Shown piece after piece: positions 10,022 through 22,496 of a stretch of 64,000 nt of DNA (positions are counted from its first letter, which is position 1; each line of letters opens with the position of its first letter). Origin of the DNA: Candidatus Aminicenantes bacterium (GTDB lineage Bacteria > Acidobacteriota > Aminicenantia > Aminicenantales > Saccharicenantaceae); the NCBI GenBank assembly GCA_963719985.1, contig CAVRDU010000005.1, forward strand, positions 578,817-642,816, given 5' to 3'. A program made the translations under genes and the position numbers. The notes under the pieces are model-generated. The model was given only the letters and a program-made list of their open reading frames with translations, was not told the DNA's origin and ran no database searches.

Positions 10022-12358
10022 ATGACCAAGATCGCCGCGGTTCTCGGCATCCTCTGCCTGTTCGGCAGCGCGTTCGCTTCCCAGCAGAAGCCCTCGGTCG
10101 CCGAGGCCTTGAAGAAGACGCGGGTCCTGGCCGTCCCCGGGAATGGGCGGCCGGTCGACAGGACCGTGGCCGAGGAGCTCCGCCGCGAGCTGGCCCCGCA
10201 GGCCCAGGTGCGGAGCGCCGGGCCGGACGAGGCGGCCGGGCCGGGCGTCGTCCGCATCGCCGTCGCCGACGAGAATCTCGCCGCCGGGCCTTCCCCCGAG
10301 GCGCGGCGCCGTGCGACCGGGAAAGATTGGATGTTCTTCAGGCTCGCCCCGGACGGCTCGGGCGAGCTCGTGACCTCCGCTCCCCACCTCCTCTACGCCC
10401 TGTATCGCCTGGTCAAGGACGACTGGGCCGGGCTCGACGCCGCCGGCTTCGAGAAAGGCAACGTCGTCTCGCCCGCGTTCTCCCGCCTCGAGGGCGGCGA
10501 CAACTACCTGGCCAATCCGAAGCGGGTGGCGGCGGGCTACGACGCCGAAACCTCGGTCCGCGAGCTGGCCCGGCTCGGCTTCAGCCACGTGCCCGTGAAC
10601 GCCCTGGCCAAGGACATGCCGGCCGAGCAAGGGCCGCCCGGGGAGATCTACTACCGCTTCTATTACTTCAGCCCCGACCTCGACCAGTTCGTCGAGACGC
10701 CGCTCAACGCCGGGGCCTACTCGCCCGAGTACCTCGAGGCCAATCTCACCCTGCTCAAGGAGAACGCCCGCCTGGCCGTGAAATACGGCCTGACGCCCGG
10801 GCTCAACATCAGCTCGCCGCGCTCGGTCCCCGACGCCGTCCTCGAGAAATACCCCTACCTCCGCGGCGCCCGGGTCGACCATCCCTTCAGGAGCTACCGC
10901 CCCCGCTTCACCCTGACCCTGTCGCACCCGGCCGTCCGCTGGCATTACGCCGAGCTCATGCGCCGGCTCATGCGCGAGGTCCCCGAGCTCGGCTACATCT
11001 ACCTCTGGACGAACGACAGCGGCTCGGGCTTCGAATATACGGCCAGCCTCTACGCCGGGCGCAACGGCGGCGCCTACCTCGTCCGCGAGTGGAAGTCGCA
11101 CGAGGCCGTCGCCAAGGCCGCGGCCGAGAACGTCCTGCGCTATTTCCGGACGCTGCGCGACGCGGCGGCCGAGACCCGGCCCGATTTCCGGCTCCTGTTC
11201 AACCTCTTCTCCTTCGCCAACGAAGAGGCGTTCATCCTCGACGGCCTATCCGAGGGCCTCGACCTCTGGGTCGCGCCGAAGGAGCTCGACGACTCGCCCC
11301 GCGGCCGCCGGCTCAAGTCCCTGCCGGGGAAAGGGAGCGAGATCTTCACGACGACACGGCTGCAGAACAACTATCTCCTGGGCATCCCCTCGCCGTGGCT
11401 CGCCGCCGAGGAGGTCCGCGCCCTCCGCGCGGCCGGCTTCGACAAGGCCCAGGTCACGGTCGACCCGCAGCCGCTCGCGCCTTACGACGTCAACCGCGAA
11501 GTGCTGAGGGCGCTCAACTTCGATCCCGACGCCAACGTCGATTCCGTCGTGATGGCCGCGGCCGCGCGCTTCGCCGGCAAGCGCGGCGCCCCGGCCCTCG
11601 TCCGGGCCTGGCGGCTCGCCGACGCGGCCGTGCGCGGCTTCCCCTCGATCATGCTCTACGGCGACAACAACTGGGGTTTCCCCTGGTACCGGCTCCTCGT
11701 CAGGCCCTTCGCCCCCGACATCGAGAAGATCCCCGAGCCGGAGCGGGCCTATTACGAGAAGTATATGACCGTGACCTTCAACAACCCCAACCTCGTCGAC
11801 CTCGGCGTGGACATCCTCTGGACGCTCATGAACACGGAACAGGCGGACGCGGCCGTGGCCCAGGCCGACGGCAAGACCTGGGCGCCGCTCGACCAAGCCA
11901 TCGCGGCCCTCGGCGAGGCCGTCGGGGAGACGGACGGCGCTCTCCAGGCCGTCTTCACGGACCAGCTCGACAGGCTCCGGGCCTTGCGCTGCTACTTCCG
12001 GACGCTCCGCAACACGGCCGCCTGGGTGGCCGGCGTCCACGGTTATATCGAGGCCAAGGACTCGGCCGAGAAAGCGAGGCGACGGGAGGCGGTGCGGGCC
12101 ATGGTCGACGACGAGATCCGGAACGCCCGGGACCTGGCCGCGCTCTTCGAGTCGTCGAAGACCCGGTTCATGCCCGTCGATCCGACCGGCGAGACCTTCA
12201 ACATGTACGGCGCGAACCTCCCCGAGCTCATCGGGAAGAAGGTCGCCCTCATGGAAAAGCACCGCGACGACGAGCCGCGGATCGACCCCGATTTCATGTG
12301 GAGGATGCCCCCGGACGCGGGCCTCGACCCCGCGGTGTATCTTAAATACCGGAAGTAG
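10022..12358 (+). CDS. Hypothetical secreted protein (~779 aa), possible glycoside-hydrolase-like fold
   Basis: Strong [12 protein letters not shown] then ATG, followed by a signal peptide MTKIAAVLGILCLFGSAFA. Upstream track ORF sequence is antisense to the regulator gene. No family recognised by eye. Confidence 0.5.
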   Translation: MTKIAAVLGILCLFGSAFASQQKPSVAEALKKTRVLAVPGNGRPVDRTVAEELRRELAPQAQVRSAGPDEAAGPGVVRIAVADENLAAGPSPEARRRATGKDWMFFRLAPDGSGELVTSAPHLLYALYRLVKDDWAGLDAAGFEKGNVVSPAFSRLEGGDNYLANPKRVAAGYDAETSVRELARLGFSHVPVNALAKDMPAEQGPPGEIYYRFYYFSPDLDQFVETPLNAGAYSPEYLEANLTLLKENARLAVKYGLTPGLNISSPRSVPDAVLEKYPYLRGARVDHPFRSYRPRFTLTLSHPAVRWHYAELMRRLMREVPELGYIYLWTNDSGSGFEYTASLYAGRNGGAYLVREWKSHEAVAKAAAENVLRYFRTLRDAAAETRPDFRLLFNLFSFANEEAFILDGLSEGLDLWVAPKELDDSPRGRRLKSLPGKGSEIFTTTRLQNNYLLGIPSPWLAAEEVRALRAAGFDKAQVTVDPQPLAPYDVNREVLRALNFDPDANVDSVVMAAAARFAGKRGAPALVRAWRLADAAVRGFPSIMLYGDNNWGFPWYRLLVRPFAPDIEKIPEPERAYYEKYMTVTFNNPNLVDLGVDILWTLMNTEQADAAVAQADGKTWAPLDQAIAALGEAVGETDGALQAVFTDQLDRLRALRCYFRTLRNTAAWVAGVHGYIEAKDSAEKARRREAVRAMVDDEIRNARDLAALFESSKTRFMPVDPTGETFNMYGANLPELIGKKVALMEKHRDDEPRIDPDFMWRMPPDAGLDPAVYLKYRK

Positions 12359-12395
12359 CGGCGATCCGAGGGCCTTTGGGGATCGGACGAAACCG

Positions 12396-12644
12396 TCAGT
12401 CAGTTCCGTAGAAGTGAGGATGGAGGTCCTGTTCAGGGATGAAACGGAGGGCTTGACGGTAGATCGCTTGGACCGTCCCGGGCGCGAGTTCCCGATGCAG
12501 GGGGACCGTCAGGATCTGTGAAGGCATGGTTTCGGTCTCGCGCTTCAGCTTGGCGTGGCTGCCCCGTATCGAAGCGGCCGAAAAGCCGAGCGCCCGGAGG
12601 ATCCGCAGGACCTGCTGGGCCGACAGGCGCCTAAGCCTCGCCAT
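12396..12644 (-). CDS. hicA: Type II toxin-antitoxin HicA family toxin (mRNA interferase)
   Basis: 82 aa YcfA/HicA-like (LRALGF...GSHAKL). Overlaps the upstream hicB by 14 nt. Confidence 0.8.
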   Translation of the reverse strand: MARLRRLSAQQVLRILRALGFSAASIRGSHAKLKRETETMPSQILTVPLHRELAPGTVQAIYRQALRFIPEQDLHPHFYGTD

Positions 12645-13182
12645 CGCCGGACAATCTTTCCTCGTAGGTCACGGCGATCCTCGGAGACGCCGAAAGGCCG
12701 AACTCGCCCGGGTCCTCGCCTTCGAGATGGAGCCGGACCGCTTGCCTGAGATTCCGCAGGAGCTCGTCGAGCGATCGGCCCTGTGTGACCAGGGCCAGCT
12801 CCAGGCTGTCGGCGACATAGAACCCTGCCGAACGGCGCACCACGACATGGATCGTGTCGCGCGCGGGGCCGGCCGGAGCGTAGGCCGACGGGCTCTCCGC
12901 GACCCGCTTCGGCGCTTCTTGTTTCACGTCATAGGGTGACAGGATCACATACTCGCCCCGGCCCACGCGCCGGAAATAGGCCCATTTGTGCGGATGGTTC
13001 TTGGGGGCGTTGACGCAGCACCGGCTGACGATATGGGTGCGGACCGAGCTCGGATTCAAGTGGGGGAGGGCGTGAACGACGTCCGCGACATGGAAGATCT
13101 TTTCCCCGCGTTCCCGGCAGATCCGCCTGGCCGTCGCAAGCACTTCCTCATGAATGGCCATGGCTTTAAACCTCGGGAGCAT
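12631..13182 (-). CDS. hicB: HicB family antitoxin (UPF0150 fold) fused to an uncharacterised ~110 aa N-terminal Cys/His-containing domain
   Basis: The C-terminal ~70 aa (IHVVVRRSAGFYVADSLELALVTQGRSLDELLRNLRQAVRLHLEGED) fit HicB. The N-terminal part (…HIVSRCCVNAPKNHPHKWAYF…) is unrecognised. Translationally coupled to hicA. Confidence 0.6.
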   Translation of the reverse strand: MLPRFKAMAIHEEVLATARRICRERGEKIFHVADVVHALPHLNPSSVRTHIVSRCCVNAPKNHPHKWAYFRRVGRGEYVILSPYDVKQEAPKRVAESPSAYAPAGPARDTIHVVVRRSAGFYVADSLELALVTQGRSLDELLRNLRQAVRLHLEGEDPGEFGLSASPRIAVTYEERLSGDGEA

Positions 13183-13418
13183 GATAACACTTGATAAATA
13201 TGCGTGTCAAGTTGATATATGAAGATGCGAGAGGGAAAACGAGAAGGGCCTAAAATCTCTTTCGGCTTCGCTTCACGGACGTGTTGGACGTTGACGGTGA
13301 CCCCACTTTGGCGGTCTATCAGGGCCTGGAACTCCCCGATCAAGCTCCGGCGTCCCGGCATTGACACTCCCGGGCGCCGGGGATAACCTTGGGCCATCCG
13401 TCGAGGAGGAGAGGTCCC

Positions 13419-15176
13419 ATGAGAATCCGCCCGATCGCCGCCATCACTTTGTGTCTACTGGCTCTGGGTGTCGCCGGCGCCGCCCCGGCCCCCTCACCCC
13501 CCGCCTCGGGCCAGGCTCAGGCCCATGCCCCCGACCGCCTGCAGTGGTTCCGCGAGGCCAAGTTCGGCCTGTTCATCCACTGGGGCGTCTACTCGATGAT
13601 CGGCCGCGAAGAATGGGCCCGCCAGATCCTTCAGATCCCGCTTAAGGAGTACCAGTACTACGCCGACAACTTCGACCCGGTCGAGTTCGACCCGGACGAG
13701 TGGGCCGCCCTGGCCAAGGAGGCCGGCGTCAAGTACGCCGTCATCACCTCGAAGCACCACGACGGCTTCGCCATCTACGACAGCGCCCACTCCGACTACG
13801 ACGTCATGCGCGCCAAGTACGGCCGGGACATCCTCGGGCCGCTCTCGGCCTCGATGAAGCGGGCCGCGATCCCGCTCGGGTTCTACTACTCGATCATGGA
13901 CTGGCACCACCCCGACTACCTCCCCCGCCGGGCCTGGGAGACGGACCGGACGGCCAAGGGCGCCGACTTCGGCCGCTACATGGACTTCGCCACGAACCAG
14001 ATAAAGGAGCTCGTCGCCAAGTACGACCCGGCCGTTCTCTGGTTCGACGGCGAGTGGGAGCACTCGAACGAGGAGCAGCGGGCCTTCGCCATCGGCGAGA
14101 TGCTGCTCGAGATGAAGCCCTCGCTCCTCATCAACGACCGCCTCTACCGGCGCGAGCCGGGCTACGGCGACTTCGGCACGCCGGAGAACTTCGTCCCGGC
14201 CACGGGCGTCCGCAACCCCGACGGCTCGCCCCGCCTCTGGGAGGCCTGCTACACGATGAACTGGAACGGCTGGGGCTTCAACCGTTACGAGACCGAGTTC
14301 CACAGCGCCCCCCAGCTCATCCGCCAGCTCGTCGAGATCGTCAGCAAGGGCGGCAATCTGCTCCTCAACGTCGGGCCGCAGCCGGACGGCAGGATCCAGG
14401 ACGACTTCGTCGCCCGCCTCCGGGAGATCGGCGTCTGGCTCAAGGCCAACGGCGAGGCTATCTACGGCACGACGGCCAGCGTCTTCGAGCGCCTGCCCTT
14501 CTTCGGCCGGTGCACGGTCAAGGGACAGACCCTCTACATCCACGTCATGGGCTGGCCGAACGACGGCCGGATCCGCTTGCCGGGTCTCCAGACCGACGTG
14601 AAGAAGGCCTATCTCCTGGTGGATAAGACGAAGGCCCTCCCGTTCCGGCGCGCCGGCCAGGACGTCGTCGTGACGCTCCCCGCGCGGGCGTCCGATCCCG
14701 ACGCGACCGTCGTCGTCGTCGAGCTCGAAGGCGAGCCCGTCGTCGAGCCGTACCGGATCGTCCCCGGAGAAGGACGGCCGCGTCGAGCTTCCCAGTTTTC
14801 CTCGCCGATGTTCAGTCCGCTATGGGCCAGCGCGCCTACGTCGACCATTTCCACAAGACGACGATGCTGGCCAACTGGCAGAACGTCAACGACTACCCGG
14901 AGTGGGTGTTCACGACGGCCAAGCCCGGCGACCTACGAGGTCCGGGCCTCCTACGCCAGCATGTGGGGCGGGAAGGCCGGTTACGAGGTCGAGGTCGACG
15001 GCCAGAAGCTCGCCGCCCAGACGGAGTCGTCGCCGAGCGTCTACGTCCCCAAGACGTTCACGGTCGGCACCGTCAAGCTCGAAGCGGGCGAGCACAAGCT
15101 CCAAGTCCGGATCACGTGCGTCACCAACAACCACGCCATGAACCTGGAGAAGGTGGTCCTTGTCCCGGCGAAGTAG
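13419..15176 (+). CDS. Alpha-L-fucosidase (GH29) with C-terminal carbohydrate-binding-like domain; two compensating frameshifts near 14778 and 14935
   Basis: Signal peptide MRIRPIAAITLCLLALG, then GH29 motifs (AKFGLFIHWGVYS, HHDGFAIYDS, WFDGEW). A ~150 nt segment (…VDHFHKTTMLANWQNVNDYPEWVFTTAKPGD) is encoded in another frame and rejoins as YEVRASYASMWGG. Confidence 0.75.
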   Translation: MRIRPIAAITLCLLALGVAGAAPAPSPPASGQAQAHAPDRLQWFREAKFGLFIHWGVYSMIGREEWARQILQIPLKEYQYYADNFDPVEFDPDEWAALAKEAGVKYAVITSKHHDGFAIYDSAHSDYDVMRAKYGRDILGPLSASMKRAAIPLGFYYSIMDWHHPDYLPRRAWETDRTAKGADFGRYMDFATNQIKELVAKYDPAVLWFDGEWEHSNEEQRAFAIGEMLLEMKPSLLINDRLYRREPGYGDFGTPENFVPATGVRNPDGSPRLWEACYTMNWNGWGFNRYETEFHSAPQLIRQLVEIVSKGGNLLLNVGPQPDGRIQDDFVARLREIGVWLKANGEAIYGTTASVFERLPFFGRCTVKGQTLYIHVMGWPNDGRIRLPGLQTDVKKAYLLVDKTKALPFRRAGQDVVVTLPARASDPDATVVVVELEGEPVVEPYRIVPGEGRPRRASQFSSPMFSPLWASAPTSTISTRRRCWPTGRTSTTTRSGCSRRPSPATYEVRASYASMWGGKAGYEVEVDGQKLAAQTESSPSVYVPKTFTVGTVKLEAGEHKLQVRITCVTNNHAMNLEKVVLVPAK

Positions 15177-15257
15177 AGATCAAGCCCACTTCTCCGGGGT
15201 CGGGGAGTTCCCTCTCTACGGCTTTGCTCGGGAATCAACAACGGCGTGGAGGAAGCT

Positions 15258-15956
15258 ATGAGAGTTACGGTCACAACGGTCCTATGGGGTCTGGTCATCG
15301 GCGGTCTCGTCGCCGGGGCGGCGCAGACGCCGGCCAAGAAGGGCTGGACCGACACGTTCGCCGTCGACAAGAAGGATTTCGTCTCCATCGGCGCGAACGA
15401 CTACTTCCGCCTCGAGCCGGGCTACGTCCTCGTCCTCGAGAAGGGCAAGGTCCGGTTGGTCATCACCGTGCTCGACGAGATGAAGCTCGTCGACGGCGTC
15501 GAGACCCGGGTCGTCGAGGAGCGGGAATCGAAGGGCGGCGAGATCGTCGAGGTCTCGCGGAACTACTTCGCCTTCAATACGGCCGACCGGGGCGTCTACT
15601 ATTTCGGCGAAGAGGTCGACATCTACAAGAATGGCCGGGTCGTCGACCACGAGGGCGCCTGGGAGTCGGGAAAGAAGGGGGCCCGCTTCGGCCTGATGAT
15701 CCCGGGCCGGCCCGCCGTCGGGGACCGCTTCTACCAGGAGGTCGCGCCCGGTATCGCCATGGACCGGGCCGAGATCGCCGCCCTCGATGCGTCGATCAAG
15801 ACACCGGCCGGCGAGTTCAAAGGCTGTCTCAGGTGCGTCGAGACATCGCCCCTCGAGCCCTTGGCCCGGGAGTCCAAGATCTACGCGCCGGGCATCGGGC
15901 TGGTCAAGGACGGCTCGCTGCTTCTCGTCGAGCACGGCCGCAAGGAGGAGAAATGA
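15258..15956 (+). CDS. Hypothetical secreted protein
   Basis: MRVTVTTVLWGLVIGGLVAGAAQ signal peptide. No family recognised. Confidence 0.45.
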   Translation: MRVTVTTVLWGLVIGGLVAGAAQTPAKKGWTDTFAVDKKDFVSIGANDYFRLEPGYVLVLEKGKVRLVITVLDEMKLVDGVETRVVEERESKGGEIVEVSRNYFAFNTADRGVYYFGEEVDIYKNGRVVDHEGAWESGKKGARFGLMIPGRPAVGDRFYQEVAPGIAMDRAEIAALDASIKTPAGEFKGCLRCVETSPLEPLARESKIYAPGIGLVKDGSLLLVEHGRKEEK

Positions 15957-18070
15957 GACAGCGAGTTCCCATCATCGCCCTGATCGCCGTCTTCGCCACG
16001 CTCATCGCGGGAACGGCTGGAACGAGGGCAGCAACGGGCGCCGAGAAGCCGTTCTCCCTCCAGGATGTCCTCGCGCCGGCCTATCCCATGGACCTCGTCT
16101 CGGCCGCCAAGGCCGACCGCGTCGCCTGGATCATGAACGACCGAGGCGCCAGAAACGTCTGGACCGCGGCCGGTCCGGACTTCAAGCCCGTCAACTTGAC
16201 CGGCTTCGCCCAGGACGAGGTCTTCGAGATCGACGAGGTCCTGCTCACGGACGACGGCCGGACCGCCGTCTTCGTCAAAGGCGGACGACCCAACGCCGCC
16301 GGCTGGGTGACGAACTCCGACAGCGACCCCGACGGGCGCGAGCAGGCCGTCTGGGCCGTCCTGACTGACGGGGGCAGACCCTGGAGGATCGCCTCCGGGA
16401 GCGGGCCGGTCCTCGCGCCGGACGGTCTTTCAGCGCTCCTCGTCAGGGAAGGGCTGATCTACCGCGTCCCGCTCGCTCCCCGCCAAGGCCCGGGCGAGGG
16501 CCCGGAGCCCGAGCTCCTGTTCCGCGCGGCCGGCCGCAACGGCCAGCCCCGCTTCTCCCCCGACGGCGGCCGCGTCGCCTTCGTCAGCGAGCGGGACGAC
16601 CACAGCTTCGTCGGCGTCTTCGACCTGGCCCGCCGACGGATCACCTGGATCGCCCCGAGCGTCGACCGCGACAGCGAGCCGCGCTGGTCGGCCGACGGGA
16701 CGCGCGTCGCCTTCATCCGCCGGGCCGGCCTGACGTTCGACGCGGCCGCCGCCTCCGAATTCCGCGGCCGGGGGCCGGTCGACCTGGCCGTCTGGGTGGC
16801 CGAAGCCGCCTCCGGTGAAGCGCGCGAAATATGGCGGACGCCCGAGGACGGGCCGCGGTTCCACGCCTTCCGGAACTTCGACCTCGCGGCGAACGGCCGG
16901 ATCCTCTTCACCGCCGAGCGGGAGGAGTGGAACCACGTCTTCTCCCTGCCCCTCGCGGGCGGGGCGCCCGAGGACATCACTCCCGGCGACGGGTTCGTCG
17001 AGCACCTCGGCCTCTCGGCCGACGGCGCGACCCTCTACTACTCGAGCAACCTCGGCGACCTCCACGGCCGGCGCGTCTGGAAGGTCGCGACCGCCGGGGG
17101 CAAGCCCGTCCCGCTCAGCCCGAGCGACGCCATCGGAACGTTGCCCGTCGCCCTCGCCTCGGGCCGCGGCGCGGCCTTCCTCTACGCCACGGCCGTCCAT
17201 CCGACCTCGGTGGCGACGATTGGCGCCGCCGACGGCAAGGTCGCGGTCGTCGCCCCGCGCGAGCTCCCGGCCGAGTTCCCACTGAAGGAGCTCGTCAAGC
17301 CGCAGCTCGTCGTCGTCAAGGCGGCCGACGGCCTCGAGGTCCCCTGCCAGCTCTTCCTGCCCAAGGGGGCCAAGGCCGGCGACCGCCGCCCGGCCGTCGT
17401 CTACACCCACGGCGGGCCCATCCGGCAGATGCTCCTCGGCTGGCACTACATGGAGTTCTACTCGGAGGCCTACGGCATCAACCAGTTCTTCGCCTCGCGC
17501 GGCTACGTCGTCATCTCCATCAACTACCGGAGCGGCATCGGCTACGGCCGGTCCTTCCGTGAGGCCCCGAACTGCGGGATGGAGGGCGCGGCCGAGTACC
17601 AGGACGTCCTGGCCGGCGTCGAGTACCTGCGGAAGAGGCCCGAGGTCGACCCCGAGCGCGTCGGGGCCTGGGGATTGTCCTACGGCGGGTTGCTCACGGC
17701 CATGTCGCTCTCCCGCGACTCCGACATCTTCAAGGTCGGCGTCGACATGGCCGGCGTCCACGACTGGTCGCAGATGCGCTGGGGACGGCTCGACGAGGCC
17801 CGGCGCAAGGTCGCCCGGGAGTCCTCGCCGGTCGCCTCGGTCGCGTCCTGGACCTCGCCGGTCCTGTTCATCCACGGCGACGACGACCGCAACGTCGCCT
17901 TCCAGCAGACGACCGACATCGTCCAGCGGCTGCGGGCCAAGGGGGACGTCACGGTCGAGCTGATGATCGCCCCCGACGAACCCCACGAGTTCTTGCTCCA
18001 CCGCAACCGCTTGGAGGCCTACGAGAGGACGTTCGCCTTCATCGACCGATTCATCGGCGGGAAGAGATGA
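15953..18070 (+). CDS. S9 family serine peptidase (prolyl oligopeptidase/dipeptidyl-peptidase type) with N-terminal beta-propeller
   Basis: Signal peptide, WD40/TolB-like propeller region, C-terminal alpha/beta hydrolase with GLSYGG nucleophile elbow plus Asp/His. The ATG overlaps the previous stop (ATGA). It is embedded in the chimeric track ORF 14822..18070. Confidence 0.8.
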   Translation: MRQRVPIIALIAVFATLIAGTAGTRAATGAEKPFSLQDVLAPAYPMDLVSAAKADRVAWIMNDRGARNVWTAAGPDFKPVNLTGFAQDEVFEIDEVLLTDDGRTAVFVKGGRPNAAGWVTNSDSDPDGREQAVWAVLTDGGRPWRIASGSGPVLAPDGLSALLVREGLIYRVPLAPRQGPGEGPEPELLFRAAGRNGQPRFSPDGGRVAFVSERDDHSFVGVFDLARRRITWIAPSVDRDSEPRWSADGTRVAFIRRAGLTFDAAAASEFRGRGPVDLAVWVAEAASGEAREIWRTPEDGPRFHAFRNFDLAANGRILFTAEREEWNHVFSLPLAGGAPEDITPGDGFVEHLGLSADGATLYYSSNLGDLHGRRVWKVATAGGKPVPLSPSDAIGTLPVALASGRGAAFLYATAVHPTSVATIGAADGKVAVVAPRELPAEFPLKELVKPQLVVVKAADGLEVPCQLFLPKGAKAGDRRPAVVYTHGGPIRQMLLGWHYMEFYSEAYGINQFFASRGYVVISINYRSGIGYGRSFREAPNCGMEGAAEYQDVLAGVEYLRKRPEVDPERVGAWGLSYGGLLTAMSLSRDSDIFKVGVDMAGVHDWSQMRWGRLDEARRKVARESSPVASVASWTSPVLFIHGDDDRNVAFQQTTDIVQRLRAKGDVTVELMIAPDEPHEFLLHRNRLEAYERTFAFIDRFIGGKR

Positions 18071-18077
18071 GGCGCGA

Positions 18078-20162
<2,085 letters not shown>

Positions 20163-20171
20163 CCCCGGCCA

Positions 20172-20759
20172 TCAGTTCAGGACGACCTCGCACTCGCCGA
20201 CGAGCTCAGGATTCTTCTTGTCCCTGACCCTGATGGTCAGCGTGTCGCCCTTGGCGAAGCCGGGATTCTTGAAGTACAAAGGCGTCATGAACCCGTTCTG
20301 GCCGACCACGGAGCCCTCCGAGGCGGCCAGGGGCGCCGTCAAAGTCAGCGGGGGGAAGAAGTTGGATTCCTCCGGGAACTGGTAGAATCGGATCCAGGAC
20401 GAGGCGATGCCTTCTTTGCCGAGACGCTGGTAGAAGCTGACGTCGCGGATCGCGCCCCGGTATTCGCTCCGGAGCTCTTTCACCGAAGGCATGCGGTATT
20501 CTTCGCCCTTGAAAACCATGACCACGTCCTTCGCGGCGATGGTCAGGGATCGGCTTTTGTCCGCCGTCGCGAAAAAGCCGGCGAACATGACGTAGGGATT
20601 GTCCCGGTCCAGGTTGACGAGGGAGGCGTCGACGGCCACCAGGATGGCCCCGCTCTCGTTGGAGAAGGCCCCCAGCCCGAGGTCTTTCGTCTGGGTCTGG
20701 GCCGCGGCCGCGAGGACGAGAACCATTAACGCTATTTTCGCGATATTCGCGATTTTCAT
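20172..20759 (-). CDS. Hypothetical secreted protein
   Basis: 195 aa with signal peptide MKIANIAKIALMVLVLAAAAQTQ. Convergent with the preceding gene (9 nt gap). Locally AT-richer 5' end. Confidence 0.45.
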   Translation of the reverse strand: MKIANIAKIALMVLVLAAAAQTQTKDLGLGAFSNESGAILVAVDASLVNLDRDNPYVMFAGFFATADKSRSLTIAAKDVVMVFKGEEYRMPSVKELRSEYRGAIRDVSFYQRLGKEGIASSWIRFYQFPEESNFFPPLTLTAPLAASEGSVVGQNGFMTPLYFKNPGFAKGDTLTIRVRDKKNPELVGECEVVLN

Positions 20760-20962
20760 CGTGATCTCCTTTCTGGCTCGCTTTCGGCGTGCCGCTCAGG
20801 ATAAATGCAAGCATCGTGCCAAGCGACGATATGTCAGTCCGGCCAGGCAGGGCGGCACGCAAGGCCCCCGGAGACTGGGGCAAAGCGGTGTCCGAAGAGG
20901 AGGACAGGCTGTCCTATTTCCTACTAATTTAATAAGATTTGATCCTGTGGTATATTCGGACC

Positions 20963-21415
20963 ATGGACAAAAAGGTACTCACTGGATCCCTGGCCCTTAT
21001 CCTCATGGTCGGACCGCTCCTGGCCGCGCCTGAGAAAATGACCTTCCAGGAAGCCAAGTCCAAGGCCGCCGAACTCCATGGATCGCTCATCGGCTCGGCC
21101 TCCCCCGCGGTGAAAGCGCGTATCACCGCCTCGGCCCAAGCAGCCCGAAGCTACCTGGCCAAGTGCGGCGCGAAATGCGACCTGGGGACGTTCCTGTCCG
21201 CAGACTTGAAACGGCGCTTCACCCGCGTCCGGCCCGACGAGCTCCAGCTCCTCGAGACCCTCGCCTTTTCCGAGACGGTCTCCGACATGAGCCAGATGGA
21301 CCAATTGAAACTCCAGGATGCGATGCAGAAACAGGCCCAGATGATGCAGACGCTGTCCAACATCAGCAAGATGACCCACGACACGCTCAAAGGGATCATT
21401 CAAAATATGCGCTGA
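20963..21415 (+). CDS. Hypothetical secreted protein, Gln/Met-rich C-terminus
   Basis: MDKKVLTGSLALILMVGPLLAAPE signal peptide. C-terminal LKLQDAMQKQAQMMQTLSNISKM. No family recognised. Confidence 0.4.
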   Translation: MDKKVLTGSLALILMVGPLLAAPEKMTFQEAKSKAAELHGSLIGSASPAVKARITASAQAARSYLAKCGAKCDLGTFLSADLKRRFTRVRPDELQLLETLAFSETVSDMSQMDQLKLQDAMQKQAQMMQTLSNISKMTHDTLKGIIQNMR

Positions 21416-21538
21416 GCCCGCCGGGGGCGGGTTGAAATGGCCCTCCCCTTTCGCATAGAATCTCCCTATCGTGGGCGAGCGGAGAGCTTCCGACGTCCGT
21501 CCTCGAGCCGCCCCGAATCGCGGGACAGGAGGGTATCC

Positions 21539-22483
<945 letters not shown>

Positions 22484-22496
22484 AGAAGGAGAAGAA

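Noticed and set aside
8528-12358. 1276-aa plus-strand ORF taken as one gene
   Set aside because: The first ~500 aa are antisense to the sigma-54 activator. The real gene starts at 10022 with an RBS and signal peptide.
14822-18070. 1082-aa plus-strand ORF taken as one gene
   Set aside because: It is a chimera. A short frameshifted fucosidase segment is followed by a spurious read-through of the frame overlapping the 15258..15956 gene, and only then the S9 peptidase starting at 15953.
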